Assembly (NCBI GenBank): GCA_964016885.1 | Contig: OZ024759.1 | Coordinates: 1,550,001-1,614,000, forward strand | Reading direction: 5' to 3' | Source of the DNA: Eledone cirrhosa | Lineage: Eukaryota | DNA: 64,000 nucleotides | Shown here: positions 13,270 to 28,200 of the stretch, one piece after another | Position numbering within the stretch: the stretch's first letter is position 1 | Layout: every line of letters starts with the position of its first letter | Notes under the pieces: model-generated | What the model was told of the DNA's origin: nothing | Seen by the model: only the letters and a program-made list of their open reading frames with translations | Database searches by the model: none | Translations under genes and position numbers: made by a program

Positions 13270-16200
13270 AGTCTATATTAGTAACATGACACAGTCTATA
13301 TTAGTAGCATGACAAAGTCTATATTAGTAACATGACAAAGTCTATATTAGTAGTATGACAAAGTCTATATTAGTAACATGACAGTCTATATTAGTAACAT
13401 GACAAAGTCTATATTAGTAGCATGACAAAGTCTATATTAGTAGCATGACACAGTCTATATTAGTAAAATGACACAGTCTATATTAATAACATGACACAGT
13501 CTATATTAGTAACATGACAAAGTCTATATTAGTAGCATGACAAAGTCTATATTAGTAACATGACAAAGTCTATATTAGTAACATGACACAGTCTATATTA
13601 GTAACATGACAAAGTCTATATTAGTAACATGACAAAGTCTATATTAGTAACATGGCAGTCTATATTAGTAACATGACAAAGTCTATATTAGTAACATGAC
13701 ACAGTCTATATTAGTAACATGACAAAGTCTCTATTAGTAACATGACAAAGTCTATATTAGTAACATGACAGTCTATATTAGTAACATGACAAAGTCTCTA
13801 TTAGTAACATGACAAAGTCTATATTAGTAACATGACAGTCTATATTAGTAACATGACAAAGTCTATATTAGTAACATGACAGTCTATATTGTAACATGAC
13901 ACAGTCTATATTAGTAGCATGACACAGTCTATATTAGTAAAATGACACAGTCTATATTAGTAACATGACAGTCTATATTAGTAACATGACAAAGTCTATA
14001 TTAGTAACATGACAAAGTCTATATTAGTAACATGACAAAGTCTATATTAGTAACATGACAAAGTCTATATTAGTAACATGACAGTCTATATTGTAACATG
14101 ACACAGTCTATATTAGTAACATGACACAGTCTATATTAGTAACATGACAGTCTATATTAGTAACATGACAAAGTCTATATTAGTAACATGACAAAGTCTA
14201 TATTAGTAACATGACAAAGTCTATATTAGTAACATGACAAAGTCTATATTAGTAGCATGACACAGTCTATATTAGTAACATGACAAAGTCTATATTAGTA
14301 ACATGACACAGTCTATATTAGTAACATGACAAAGTCTATATTAGTAACATGACACAGTCTATATTAGTAACATGACATAGTCTATATTAGTAACATCACA
14401 AAGTCTATATTAGTAGCATGACACAGTCTATATTAGTAACATGACACAGTCTATATTAGTAACATGACACAGTCTATATTAGTAAAATGACACAGTCTAT
14501 ATTAGTAACATGACACAGTCTATATTAGTAACATGACAAAGTCTATATTAGTAGCATGACAAAGTCTATATTAGTAACATGACAAAGTCTATATTAGTAA
14601 CATGACACAGTCTATATTAGTAACATGACAAAGTCTATATTAGTAACATGACAAAGTCTATATTAGTAACATGACAGTCTATATTAGTAACATGACAAAG
14701 TCTATATTAGTAACATGACACAGTCTATATTAGTAACATGACAAAGTCTCTATTAGTAACATGACAAAGTCTATATTAGTAACATGACAGTCTATATTAG
14801 TAACATGACAAAGTCTCTATTAGTAACATGACAAAGTCTATATTAGTAACATGACAGTCTATATTAGTAACATGACAAAGTCTATATTAGTAACATGACA
14901 GTCTATATTGTAACATGACACAGTCTATATTAGTAGCATGACACAGTCTATATTAGTAAAATGACACAGTCTATATTAGTAACATGACAGTCTATATTAG
15001 TAACATGACAAAGTCTATATTAGTAACATGACAAAGTCTATATTAGTAACATGACAAAGTCTATATTAGTAACATGACAAAGTCTATATTAGTAACATGA
15101 CACAGTCTATATTAGTAACATGACATAGTCTATATTAGTAACATGACAAAGTCTATATTAGTAGCATGACACAGTCTATATTAGTAACATGACACAGTCT
15201 ATATTAGTAACATGACAGTCTATATTAGTAACATGACAAAGTCTATATTAGTAGCATGACAAAGTCTATATTAGTAACATGACACAGTCTATATTAGTAA
15301 CATGACAATCTATATTAGTAACATGACACAGTCTATATTAGTAGATATGACAAAGTCTATATTAGTAACATGACAGTCTATATTAGTAACATGACAAAGT
15401 CTATATTAGTAGCATGACAAAGTCTATATTAGTAGCATGACACAGTCTATATTAGTAACATGACACAATCTATATTAGTAACATGACACAGTCTATATTA
15501 GTAACATGACAAAGTCTATATTAGTAGCATGACAAAGTCTATATTAGTAACATGACAAAGTCTATATTAGTAACATGACACAGTCTATATTAATAACATG
15601 ACAAAGTCTATATTAGTAACATGACAAAGTCTATATTGGTAACATGACACAGTCTATATTAGTAATATCACAAAGTCTATATTAGTAACATGACACTGTC
15701 TATATTAGTAACTTGACAAAGTCTATATTAGTAACATGCCACAGTCTATATTAGTAACATGACACAGTCTATATTAGTAACATGACACAGTTTATATTAG
15801 TAACATGACAAAGTCTATATTAGTAACATGACAAAGTCTATATTAGTAACATGACACAGTCTATGTTAGTAACATGACAAAGTCTATATTAGTAGCATGA
15901 CAAAGTCTATATTAGTAACATGACAAAGTCTATATTAGTAACATGACACAGTCTATGTTAGTAACATGACAAAGTCTATATTAATAACATGACAAAGTCT
16001 ATATTAGTAACATGACAAAGTCTATATTAGTAGCATGACAAAATCTATATTAGTAACATGACAGTCTATATTAGTAACATGACAAAGTCTATATTAGTAA
16101 CATGACAGTCTATATTGTACCATGACAAAGTCTATATTAGTAACATGACAGTCTATATTGTAACATGACACAGTCTATATTAGTAACATGACAAAGTCTA

Positions 16201-19200
16201 TATTAGTAACATGACAGTCTATATTGTAACATGACACAGTCTATATTAGTAACATGACACAGTCTATATTAGTAACATGACAGTCTATATTAGTAACATG
16301 ACAAAGTCTATATTAGTAACATGACAAAGTCTATATTAGTAACATGACAAAGTCTATATTAGTAACATGACAAAGTCTATATTAGTAACATGACAAAGTC
16401 TATATTAGTAGTATGACAAAGTCTATATTAGTAACATGACAGTCTATATTAGTAACATGATAAATCTATATTAGTAGCATGACAAAGTCTATATTAGTAG
16501 CATGACACAGTCTATATTAGTAACATGACACAGTCTATATTAGTAAAATGACACAGTCTATATTAGTAACATGACAAAGTCTATATTAGTAGCATGACAA
16601 AGTCTATATTAGTAACATGACAAAGTCTATATTAGTAACATGACACAGTCTATATTAGTAACATGACAAAGTCTATATTAGTAACATGACAAAGTCTATA
16701 TTAGTAACATGACAAAGTCTATATTAGTAACATGACACAGTCTATATTAGTAACATGACACAGTCTATATTAGTAACATCACACAGTCTATATTAGTAAC
16801 ATGACAAAGTCTATATTAGTAACATGGCAAAGTCTATATTAGTAACATGACAAAGTCTATATTAGTAACATGACAAGGCCTATATTAGTAACATGACACA
16901 GTCTATATTAGTAACATGACAAAGTCTATATTAGTAACATGACAAAGTCTATATTAGTAACATGACAAAGTCTATATTAGTAACATGACAGTCTATATTA
17001 GTAACATGACACAGTCTATATTAGTAACATGACAAAGTCTACATTAGTAACATGACACAGTCTATATTAGTAACATGACACAGTCTATATTAGTAACATG
17101 ACACAGTTTATATTAGTAACATGACAAAGTCTATATTAGTAACATGACAAAGTCTATATTAGTAACATGGCAGTCTATATTAGTAACATGACAAAGTCTA
17201 TATTAGTAACATGACACAGTCTATATTAGTAACATGACAAAGACTCTATTAGTAACATGACAAAGTCTATATTAGTAACATGACAGTCTATATTAGTAAC
17301 ATGACAAAATCTATATTAGTAACATGACAGTCTATATTAGTAACATGACAAAGTCTATATTAGTAACATGACAGTCTATATTGTACCATGACACAGTCTA
17401 TATTAGTAACATGACACAGTCTATATTAGTAACATGACAGTCTATATTAGTAACATGACAAAGTCTATATTAGTAACATGACAAAGTCTATATTAGTAAC
17501 ATGACAAAGTCTATATGAGTAACATGACAAAGTCTATATTAGTAGCATGACACAGTCTATATTAGTAACATGACAAAGTCTATATTAGTAACATGACAAA
17601 GTCTATATTAGTAGCATGACACAGTCTATATTAGTAACATGACAAAGTCTATATTAGTAACATGACACAGTCTATATTAGTAACATGACAAAGTCTATAT
17701 TAGTAACATGACAAAGTCTATATTAGTAACATGACACAGTCTATATTAGTAACATGACAAAGTCTATATTAGTAACATGACACTGTCTATATTAGTAACT
17801 TGACAAAGTCTATATTAGTAACATGACACAGTCTATATTAGTAACATGACACAGTCTATATTAGTAACATGACAAAGTCTATATTAGTAGCATGACAAAG
17901 TCTATATTAGTAACATGACAAAGTCTATATTAGTAACATGACACAGTCTATGTTAGTAACATGACAAAGTCTATATTAGTAACATGACAAAGTCTATATT
18001 AGTAACATGACACAGTCTATATTAGTAACATGACAAAGTCTATATTAGTAGCATGACAAAGTCTATATTAGTAACATGACACAGTCTATATTAGTAACAT
18101 GACAAAGTCTATATTAGTAGCATGACAAAGTCTATATTAGTAACATGACAAAGTCTATATTAGTAACATGACACAGTCTATATTAGTAACATGACAGTCT
18201 ATATTAGTAACATGACAGTCCATATTAGTAGCATGACAAAGTCTATATTAGTAACATGACAAAGTCTATATTAGTAACATGACACAGTCTATATTAGTAA
18301 CATGACACAGTCTATATTAGTAACATCACACAGTCTATATTAGTAACATGACAAAGTCTATATTAGTAACATGGCAAAGTCTATATTAGTAACATGACAA
18401 AGTCTATATTAGTAACATGACAAGGCCTATATTAGTAACATGACACAGTCTATATTAGTAACATGACAAAGTCTATATTAGTAACATGACAGTCTGTATT
18501 AGTAACATGACAAAGTCTATATTAGTAACATGACAAAGTCTATATTATTAACATGACAGTCTATATTAGTAACATGACACAGTCTATATTAGTAACATGA
18601 CAAAGTCTACATTAGTAACATGACACAGTCTATATTAGTAACATGACACAGTCTATATTAGTAACATGACACAGTCTATATTAGTAACATGACAAAGTCT
18701 ATATTAGTAACATGGCAGTCTATATTAGTAACATGACACAGTCTATATTAGTAACATGACACAGTCTATATTAGTAACATGACAGTCTATATTAGTAACA
18801 TGACAAAGTCTATATTAGTAACATGACAAAGTCTATATTAGTAACATGACAAAGTCTATATTAGTAACATGACAAAGTCTATATTAGTAGCATGACACAG
18901 TCTATATTAGTAACATGACAAAGTCTATATTTGTAACATGACACAGTCTATATTAGTAACATGACAAAGTCTATATTAGTAACATGACACAGTCTATATT
19001 AGTAACATGACATAGTCTATATTAGTAACATGACAAAGTCTATATTAGTAGCATGACACAGTCTATATTAGTAACATGACACAGTCTATATTAGTAACAT
19101 GACACAGTCTATATTAGTAACATGACACAGTCTATATTAGTAGCATGACAAAGTCTATATTAGTAACATGACAAAGTCTATATTAGTAGTATGACAAAGT

Positions 19201-22200
19201 CTATATTAGTAACATGACAGTCTATATTAGTAACATGACAAAGTCTATATTAGTAGCATGACAAAGTCTATATTAGTAGCATGACACAGTCTATATTAGT
19301 AAAATGACACAGTCTATATTAATAACATGACACAGTCTATATTAGTAACATGACAAAGTCTATATTAGTAACATGACACAGTCTATATTAGTAACATGAC
19401 ATAGTCTATATTAGTAACAGCACAAAGTCTATATTAGTAGCATGACACAGTCTATATTAGTAACATGACACAGTCTATATTAGTAACATGACACAGTCTA
19501 TATTAGTAACATGACACAGTCTATATTAGTAGCATGACAAAGTCTATATTAGTAACATGACAAAGTCTATATTAGTAGTATGACAAAGTCTATATTAGTA
19601 ACATGACAGTCTATATTAGTAACATGACAAAGTCTATATTAGTAGCATGACAAAGTCTATATTAGTAGCATGACACAGTCTATATTAGTAAAATGACACA
19701 GTCTATATTAATAACATGACACAGTCTATATTAGTAACATGACAAAGTCTATATTAGTAACATGACAGTCTATATTAGTAACATGACAAAATCTATATTA
19801 GTAACATGACAGTCTATATTAGTAACATGACAAAGTCTATATTAGTAACATGACAGTCTATATTGTACCATGACACAGTCTATATTAGTAACATGACACA
19901 GTCTATATTAGTAACATGACAGTCTATATTAGTAACATGACAAAGTCTATATTAGTAACATGACAAAGTCTATATTAGTAACATGACAAAGTCTATATTA
20001 GTAACATGACAAAGTCTATATTAGTAGCATGACACAGTCTATATTAGTAACATGACAAAGTCTATATTAGTAACATGACAAAGTCTATATTAGTAGCATG
20101 ACACAGTCTATATTAGTAACATGACAAAGTCTATATTAGTAACATGACACAGTCTATATTAGTAACATGACAAAGTCTATATTAGTAACATGACAAAGTC
20201 TATATTAGTAACATGACACAGTCTATATTAGTAACATGACAAAGTCTATATTAGTAACATGACACTGTCTATATTAGTAACTTGACAAAGTCTATATTAG
20301 TAACATGACACAGTCTATATTAGTAACATGACACAGTCTATATTAGTAACATGACAAAGTCTATATTAGTAGCATGACAAAGTCTATATTAGTAACATGA
20401 CAAAGTCTATATTAGTAACATGACACAGTCTATGTTAGTAACATGACAAAGTCTATATTAGTAACATGACAAAGTCTATATTAGTAACATGACACAGTCT
20501 ATATTAGTAACATGACAAAGTCTATATTAGTAGCATGACAAAGTCTATATTAGTAACATGACACAGTCTATATTAGTAACATGACAAAGTCTATATTAGT
20601 AGCATGACAAAGTCTATATTAGTAACATGACAAAGTCTATATTAGTAACATGACACAGTCTATATTAGTAACATGACAGTCTATATTAGTAACATGACAG
20701 TCCATATTAGTAGCATGACAAAGTCTATATTAGTAACATGACAAAGTCTATATTAGTAACATGACACAGTCTATATTAGTAACATGACACAGTCTATATT
20801 AGTAACATCACACAGTCTATATTAGTAACATGACAAAGTCTATATTAGTAACATGGCAAAGTCTATATTAGTAACATGACAAAGTCTATATTAGTAACAT
20901 GACAAGGCCTATATTAGTAACATGACACAGTCTATATTAGTAACATGACAAAGTCTATATTAGTAACATGACAGTCTGTATTAGTAACATGACAAAGTCT
21001 ATATTAGTAACATGACAAAGTCTATATTATTAACATGACAGTCTATATTAGTAACATGACACAGTCTATATTAGTAACATGACAAAGTCTACATTAGTAA
21101 CATGACACAGTCTATATTAGTAACATGACACAGTCTATATTAGTAACATGACACAGTCTATATTAGTAACATGACAAAGTCTATATTAGTAACATGGCAG
21201 TCTATATTAGTAACATGACACAGTCTATATTAGTAACATGACACAGTCTATATTAGTAACATGACAGTCTATATTAGTAACATGACAAAGTCTATATTAG
21301 TAACATGACAAAGTCTATATTAGTAACATGACAAAGTCTATATTAGTAACATGACAAAGTCTATATTAGTAGCATGACACAGTCTATATTAGTAACATGA
21401 CAAAGTCTATATTAGTAACATGACACAGTCTATATTAGTAACATGACAAAGTCTATATTAGTAACATGACACAGTCTATATTAGTAACATGACATAGTCT
21501 ATATTAGTAACATGACAAAGTCTATATTAGTAGCATGACACAGTCTATATTAGTAACATGACACAGTCTATATTAGTAACATGACACAGTCTATATTAGT
21601 AACATGACACAGTCTATATTAGTAGCATGACAAAGTCTATATTAGTAACATGACAAAGTCTATATTAGTAGTATGACAAAGTCTATATTAGTAACATGAC
21701 AGTCTATATTAGTAACATGACAAAGTCTATATTAGTAGCATGACAAAGTCTATATTAGTAGCATGACACAGTCTATATTAGTAAAATGACACAGTCTATA
21801 TTAATAACATGACACAGTCTATATTAGTAACATGACAAAGTCTATATTAGTAGCATGACAAAGTCTATATTAGTAACATGACAAAGTCTATATTAGTAAC
21901 ATGACACAGTCTATATTAGTAACATGACAAAGTCTATATTAGTAACATGACAAAGTCTATATTAGTAACATGGCAGTCTATATTAGTAACATGACAAAGT
22001 CTATATTAGTAACATGACACAGTCTATATTAGTAACATGACAAAGTCTCTATTAGTAACATGACAAAGTCTATATTAGTAACATGACAGTCTATATTAGT
22101 AACATGACAAAGTCTCTATTAGTAACATGACAAAGTCTATATTAGTAACATGACAGTCTATATTAGTAACATGACAAAGTCTATATTAGTAACATGACAG

Positions 22201-25200
22201 TCTATATTGTAACATGACACAGTCTATATTAGTAGCATGACACAGTCTATATTAGTAAAATGACACAGTCTATATTAGTAACATGACAGTCTATATTAGT
22301 AACATGACAAAGTCTATATTAGTAACATGACAAAGTCTATATTAGTAACATGACAAAGTCTATATTAGTAACATGACAAAGTCTATATTAGTAACATGAC
22401 AGTCTATATTGTAACATGACACAGTCTATATTAGTAACATGACACAGTCTATATTAGTAACATGACAGTCTATATTAGTAACATGACAAAGTCTATATTA
22501 GTAACATGACAAAGTCTATATTAGTAACATGACAAAGTCTATATTAGTAACATGACAGAGTCTATATTAGTAGCATGACACAGTCTATATTAGTAACATG
22601 ACAAAGTCTATATTAGTAACATGACACAGTCTATATTAGTAACATGACAAAGTCTATATTAGTAACATGACACAGTCTATATTAGTAACATGACATAGTC
22701 TATATTAGTAACATCACAAAGTCTATATTAGTAGCATGACACAGTCTATATTAGTAACATGACACAGTCTATATTAGTAACATGACACAGTCTATATTAG
22801 TAAAATGACACAGTCTATATTAGTAACATGACACAGTCTATATTAGTAACATGACAAAGTCTATATTAGTAGCATGACAAAGTCTATATTAGTAACATGA
22901 CAAAGTCTATATTAGTAACATGACACAGTCTATATTAGTAACATGACAAAGTCTATATTAGTAACATGACAAAGTCTATATTAGTAACATGACAGTCTAT
23001 ATTAGTAACATGACAAAGTCTATATTAGTAACATGACACAGTCTATATTAGTAACATGACAAAGTCTCTATTAGTAACATGACAAAGTCTATATTAGTAA
23101 CATGACAGTCTATATTAGTAACATGACAAAGTCTCTATTAGTAACATGACAAAGTCTATATTAGTAACATGACAGTCTATATTAGTAACATGACAAAGTC
23201 TATATTAGTAACATGACAGTCTATATTGTAACATGACACAGTCTATATTAGTAGCATGACACAGTCTATATTAGTAAAATGACACAGTCTATATTAGTAA
23301 CATGACAGTCTATATTAGTAACATGACAAAGTCTATATTAGTAACATGACAAAGTCTATATTAGTAACATGACAAAGTCTATATTAGTAACATGACAAAG
23401 TCTATATTAGTAACATGACACAGTCTATATTAGTAACATGACATAGTCTATATTAGTAACATGACAAAGTCTATATTAGTAGCATGACACAGTCTATATT
23501 AGTAACATGACACAGTCTATATTAGTAACATGACAGTCTATATTAGTAACATGACAAAGTCTATATTAGTAGCATGACAAAGTCTATATTAGTAACATGA
23601 CACAGTCTATATTAGTAACATGACAATCTATATTAGTAACATGACACAGTCTATATTAGTAGATATGACAAAGTCTATATTAGTAACATGACAGTCTATA
23701 TTAGTAACATGACAAAGTCTATATTAGTAGCATGACAAAGTCTATATTAGTAGCATGACACAGTCTATATTAGTAACATGACACAATCTATATTAGTAAC
23801 ATGACACAGTCTATATTAGTAACATGACAAAGTCTATATTAGTAGCATGACAAAGTCTATATTAGTAACATGACAAAGTCTATATTAGTAACATGACACA
23901 GTCTATATTAATAACATGACAAAGTCTATATTAGTAACATGACAAAGTCTATATTGGTAACATGACACAGTCTATATTAGTAATATCACAAAGTCTATAT
24001 TAGTAACATGACACTGTCTATATTAGTAACTTGACAAAGTCTATATTAGTAACATGCCACAGTCTATATTAGTAACATGACACAGTCTATATTAGTAACA
24101 TGACACAGTTTATATTAGTAACATGACAAAGTCTATATTAGTAACATGACAAAGTCTATATTAGTAACATGACACAGTCTATGTTAGTAACATGACAAAG
24201 TCTATATTAGTAGCATGACAAAGTCTATATTAGTAACATGACAAAGTCTATATTAGTAACATGACACAGTCTATGTTAGTAACATGACAAAGTCTATATT
24301 AATAACATGACAAAGTCTATATTAGTAACATGACAAAGTCTATATTAGTAGCATGACAAAATCTATATTAGTAACATGACAGTCTATATTAGTAACATGA
24401 CAAAGTCTATATTAGTAACATGACAGTCTATATTGTACCATGACAAAGTCTATATTAGTAACATGACAGTCTATATTGTAACATGACACAGTCTATATTA
24501 GTAACATGACAAAGTCTATATTAGTAACATGACAGTCTATATTGTAACATGACACAGTCTATATTAGTAACATGACACAGTCTATATTAGTAACATGACA
24601 GTCTATATTAGTAACATGACAAAGTCTATATTAGTAACATGACAAAGTCTATATTAGTAACATGACAAAGTCTATATTAGTAACATGACAAAGTCTATAT
24701 TAGTAGTATGACAAAGTCTATATTAGTAACATGACAGTCTATATTAGTAACATGATAAATCTATATTAGTAGCATGACAAAGTCTATATTAGTAGCATGA
24801 CACAGTCTATATTAGTAACATGACACAGTCTATATTAGTAAAATGACACAGTCTATATTAGTAACATGACAAAGTCTATATTAGTAGCATGACAAAGTCT
24901 ATATTAGTAACATGACAAAGTCTATATTAGTAACATAACACAGTCTATATTAGTAACATGACAAAGTCTATATTAGTAACATGACAAAGTCTATATTAGT
25001 AACATGACAGTCTATATTAGTAACATGACAAAGTCTATATTAGTAACATGACAAAGTCTCTATTAGTAACATGACAAAGTCTATATTAGTAACATGACAG
25101 TCTATATTAGTAACATGACAAAGTCTCTATTAGTAACATGACAAAGTCTATATAAGTAACATGACAGTCTATATTAGTAACATGACAGTCTATATTGTAA

Positions 25201-28200
25201 CATGACACAGTCTATATTAGTAACATGACACAGTTTATATTAGTAACATGACATAGTCTATATTAGTAACATGACAAAGTCTATATTAGTAACATGACAG
25301 TCTATATTGTAACACGACACAGTCTATATTAGTAACATGACACAGTCTATATTAGTAACATGACAGTCTATATTAGTAACATGACAAAGTCTATATTAGT
25401 AACATGACAAAGTCTATATTAGTAACATGACAAAGTCTATATTAGTAACATGACAAAGTCTATATTAGTAGCATGACACAGTCTATATTAGTAACATGAC
25501 AAAGTCTATATTAGTAACATGACACAGTCTATATTAGTAACATGACAAAGTCTATATTAGTAACATGACAAAGTCTATATTAGTAACATGACACAGTCTA
25601 TATTAGTAACATGACAAAGTCTATATTAGTAACATGACACTGTCTATATTAGTAACTTGACAAAGTCTATATTAGTAACATGACACGGTCTATATTAGTA
25701 ACATGACACAGTCTATATTAGTAACATGACACAGTCTATATTAGTAGCATGACAAAGTCTATATTAGTAACATGACAAAGTCTATATTAGTAGTATGACA
25801 AAGTCTATATTAGTAACATGACAGTCTATATTAGTAACATGACAAAGTCTATATTAGTAGCATGACAAAGTCTATATTAGTAGCATGACACAGTCTATAT
25901 TAGTAAAATGACACAGTCTATATTAATAACATGACACAGTCTATATTAGTAACATGACAAAGTCTATATTAGTAGCATGACAAAGTCTATATTAGTAACA
26001 TGACAAAGTCTATATTAGTAACATGACACAGTCTATATTAGTAACATGACAAAGTCTATATTAGTAACATGACAAAGTCTATATTAGTAACATGGCAGTC
26101 TATATTAGTAACATGACAAAGTCTATATTAGTAACATGACACAGTCTATATTAGTAACATGACAAAGTCTCTATTAGTAACATGACAAAGTCTATATTAG
26201 TAACATGACAGTCTATATTAGTAACATGACAAAGTCTCTATTAGTAACATGACAAAGTCTATATTAGTAACATGACAGTCTATATTAGTAACATGACAAA
26301 GTCTATATTAGTAACATGACAGTCTATATTGTAACATGACACAGTCTATATTAGTAGCATGACACAGTCTATATTAGTAAAATGACACAGTCTATATTAG
26401 TAACATGACAGTCTATATTAGTAACATGACAAAGTCTATATTAGTAACATGACAAAGTCTATATTAGTAACATGACAAAGTCTATATTAGTAACATGACA
26501 AAGTCTATATTAGTAACATGACAGTCTATATTGTAACATGACACAGTCTATATTAGTAACATGACACAGTCTATATTAGTAACATGACAGTCTATATTAG
26601 TAACATGACAAAGTCTATATTAGTAACATGACAAAGTCTATATTAGTAACATGACAAAGTCTATATTAGTAACATGACAAAGTCTATATTAGTAGCATGA
26701 CACAGTCTATATTAGTAACATGACAAAGTCTATATTAGTAACATGACACAGTCTATATTAGTAACATGACAAAGTCTATATTAGTAACATGACACAGTCT
26801 ATATTAGTAACATGACATAGTCTATATTAGTAACATCACAAAGTCTATATTAGTAGCATGACACAGTCTATATTAGTAACATGACACAGTCTATATTAGT
26901 AACATGACACAGTCTATATTAGTAAAATGACACAGTCTATATTAGTAACATGACACAGTCTATATTAGTAACATGACAAAGTCTATATTAGTAGCATGAC
27001 AAAGTCTATATTAGTAACATGACAAAGTCTATATTAGTAACATGACACAGTCTATATTAGTAACATGACAAAGTCTATATTAGTAACATGACAAAGTCTA
27101 TATTAGTAACATGACAAGTCTATATTAGTAACATGACAAAGTCTATATTAGTAACATGACACAGTCTATATTAGTAACATGACAAAGTCTCTATTAGTAA
27201 CATGACAAAGTCTATATTAGTAACATGACAGTCTATATTAGTAACATGACAAAGTCTCTATTAGTAACATGACAAAGTCTATATTAGTAACATGACAGTC
27301 TATATTAGTAACATGACAAAGTCTATATTAGTAACATGACAGTCTATATTGTAACATGACACAGTCTATATTAGTAGCATGACACAGTCTATATTAGTAA
27401 AATGACACAGTCTATATTAGTAACATGACAGTCTATATTAGTAACATGACAAAGTCTATATTAGTAACATGACAAAGTCTATATTAGTAACATGACAAAG
27501 TCTATATTAGTAACATGACAAAGTCTATATTAGTAACATGACACAGTCTATATTAGTAACATGACATAGTCTATATTAGTAACATGACAAAGTCTATATT
27601 AGTAGCATGACACAGTCTATATTAGTAACATGACACAGTCTATATTAGTAACATGACAGTCTATATTAGTAACATGACAAAGTCATATTAGTAGCATGAC
27701 AAAGTCTATATTAGTAACATGACACAGTCTATATTAGTAACATGACAATCTATATTAGTAACATGACACAGTCTATATTAGTAGATATGACAAAGTCTAT
27801 ATTAGTAACATGACAGTCTATATTAGTAACATGACAAAGTCTATATTAGTAGCATGACAAAGTCTATATTAGTAGCATGACACAGTCTATATTAGTAACA
27901 TGACACAATCTATATTAGTAACATGACACAGTCTATATTAGTAACATGACAAAGTCTATATTAGTAGCATGACAAAGTCTATATTAGTAACATGACAAAG
28001 TCTATATTAGTAACATGACACAGTCTATATTAATAACATGACAAAGTCTATATTAGTAACATGACAAAGTCTATATTGGTAACATGACACAGTCTATATT
28101 AGTAATATCACAAAGTCTATATTAGTAACATGACACTGTCTATATTAGTAACTTGACAAAGTCTATATTAGTAACATGCCACAGTCTATATTAGTAACAT

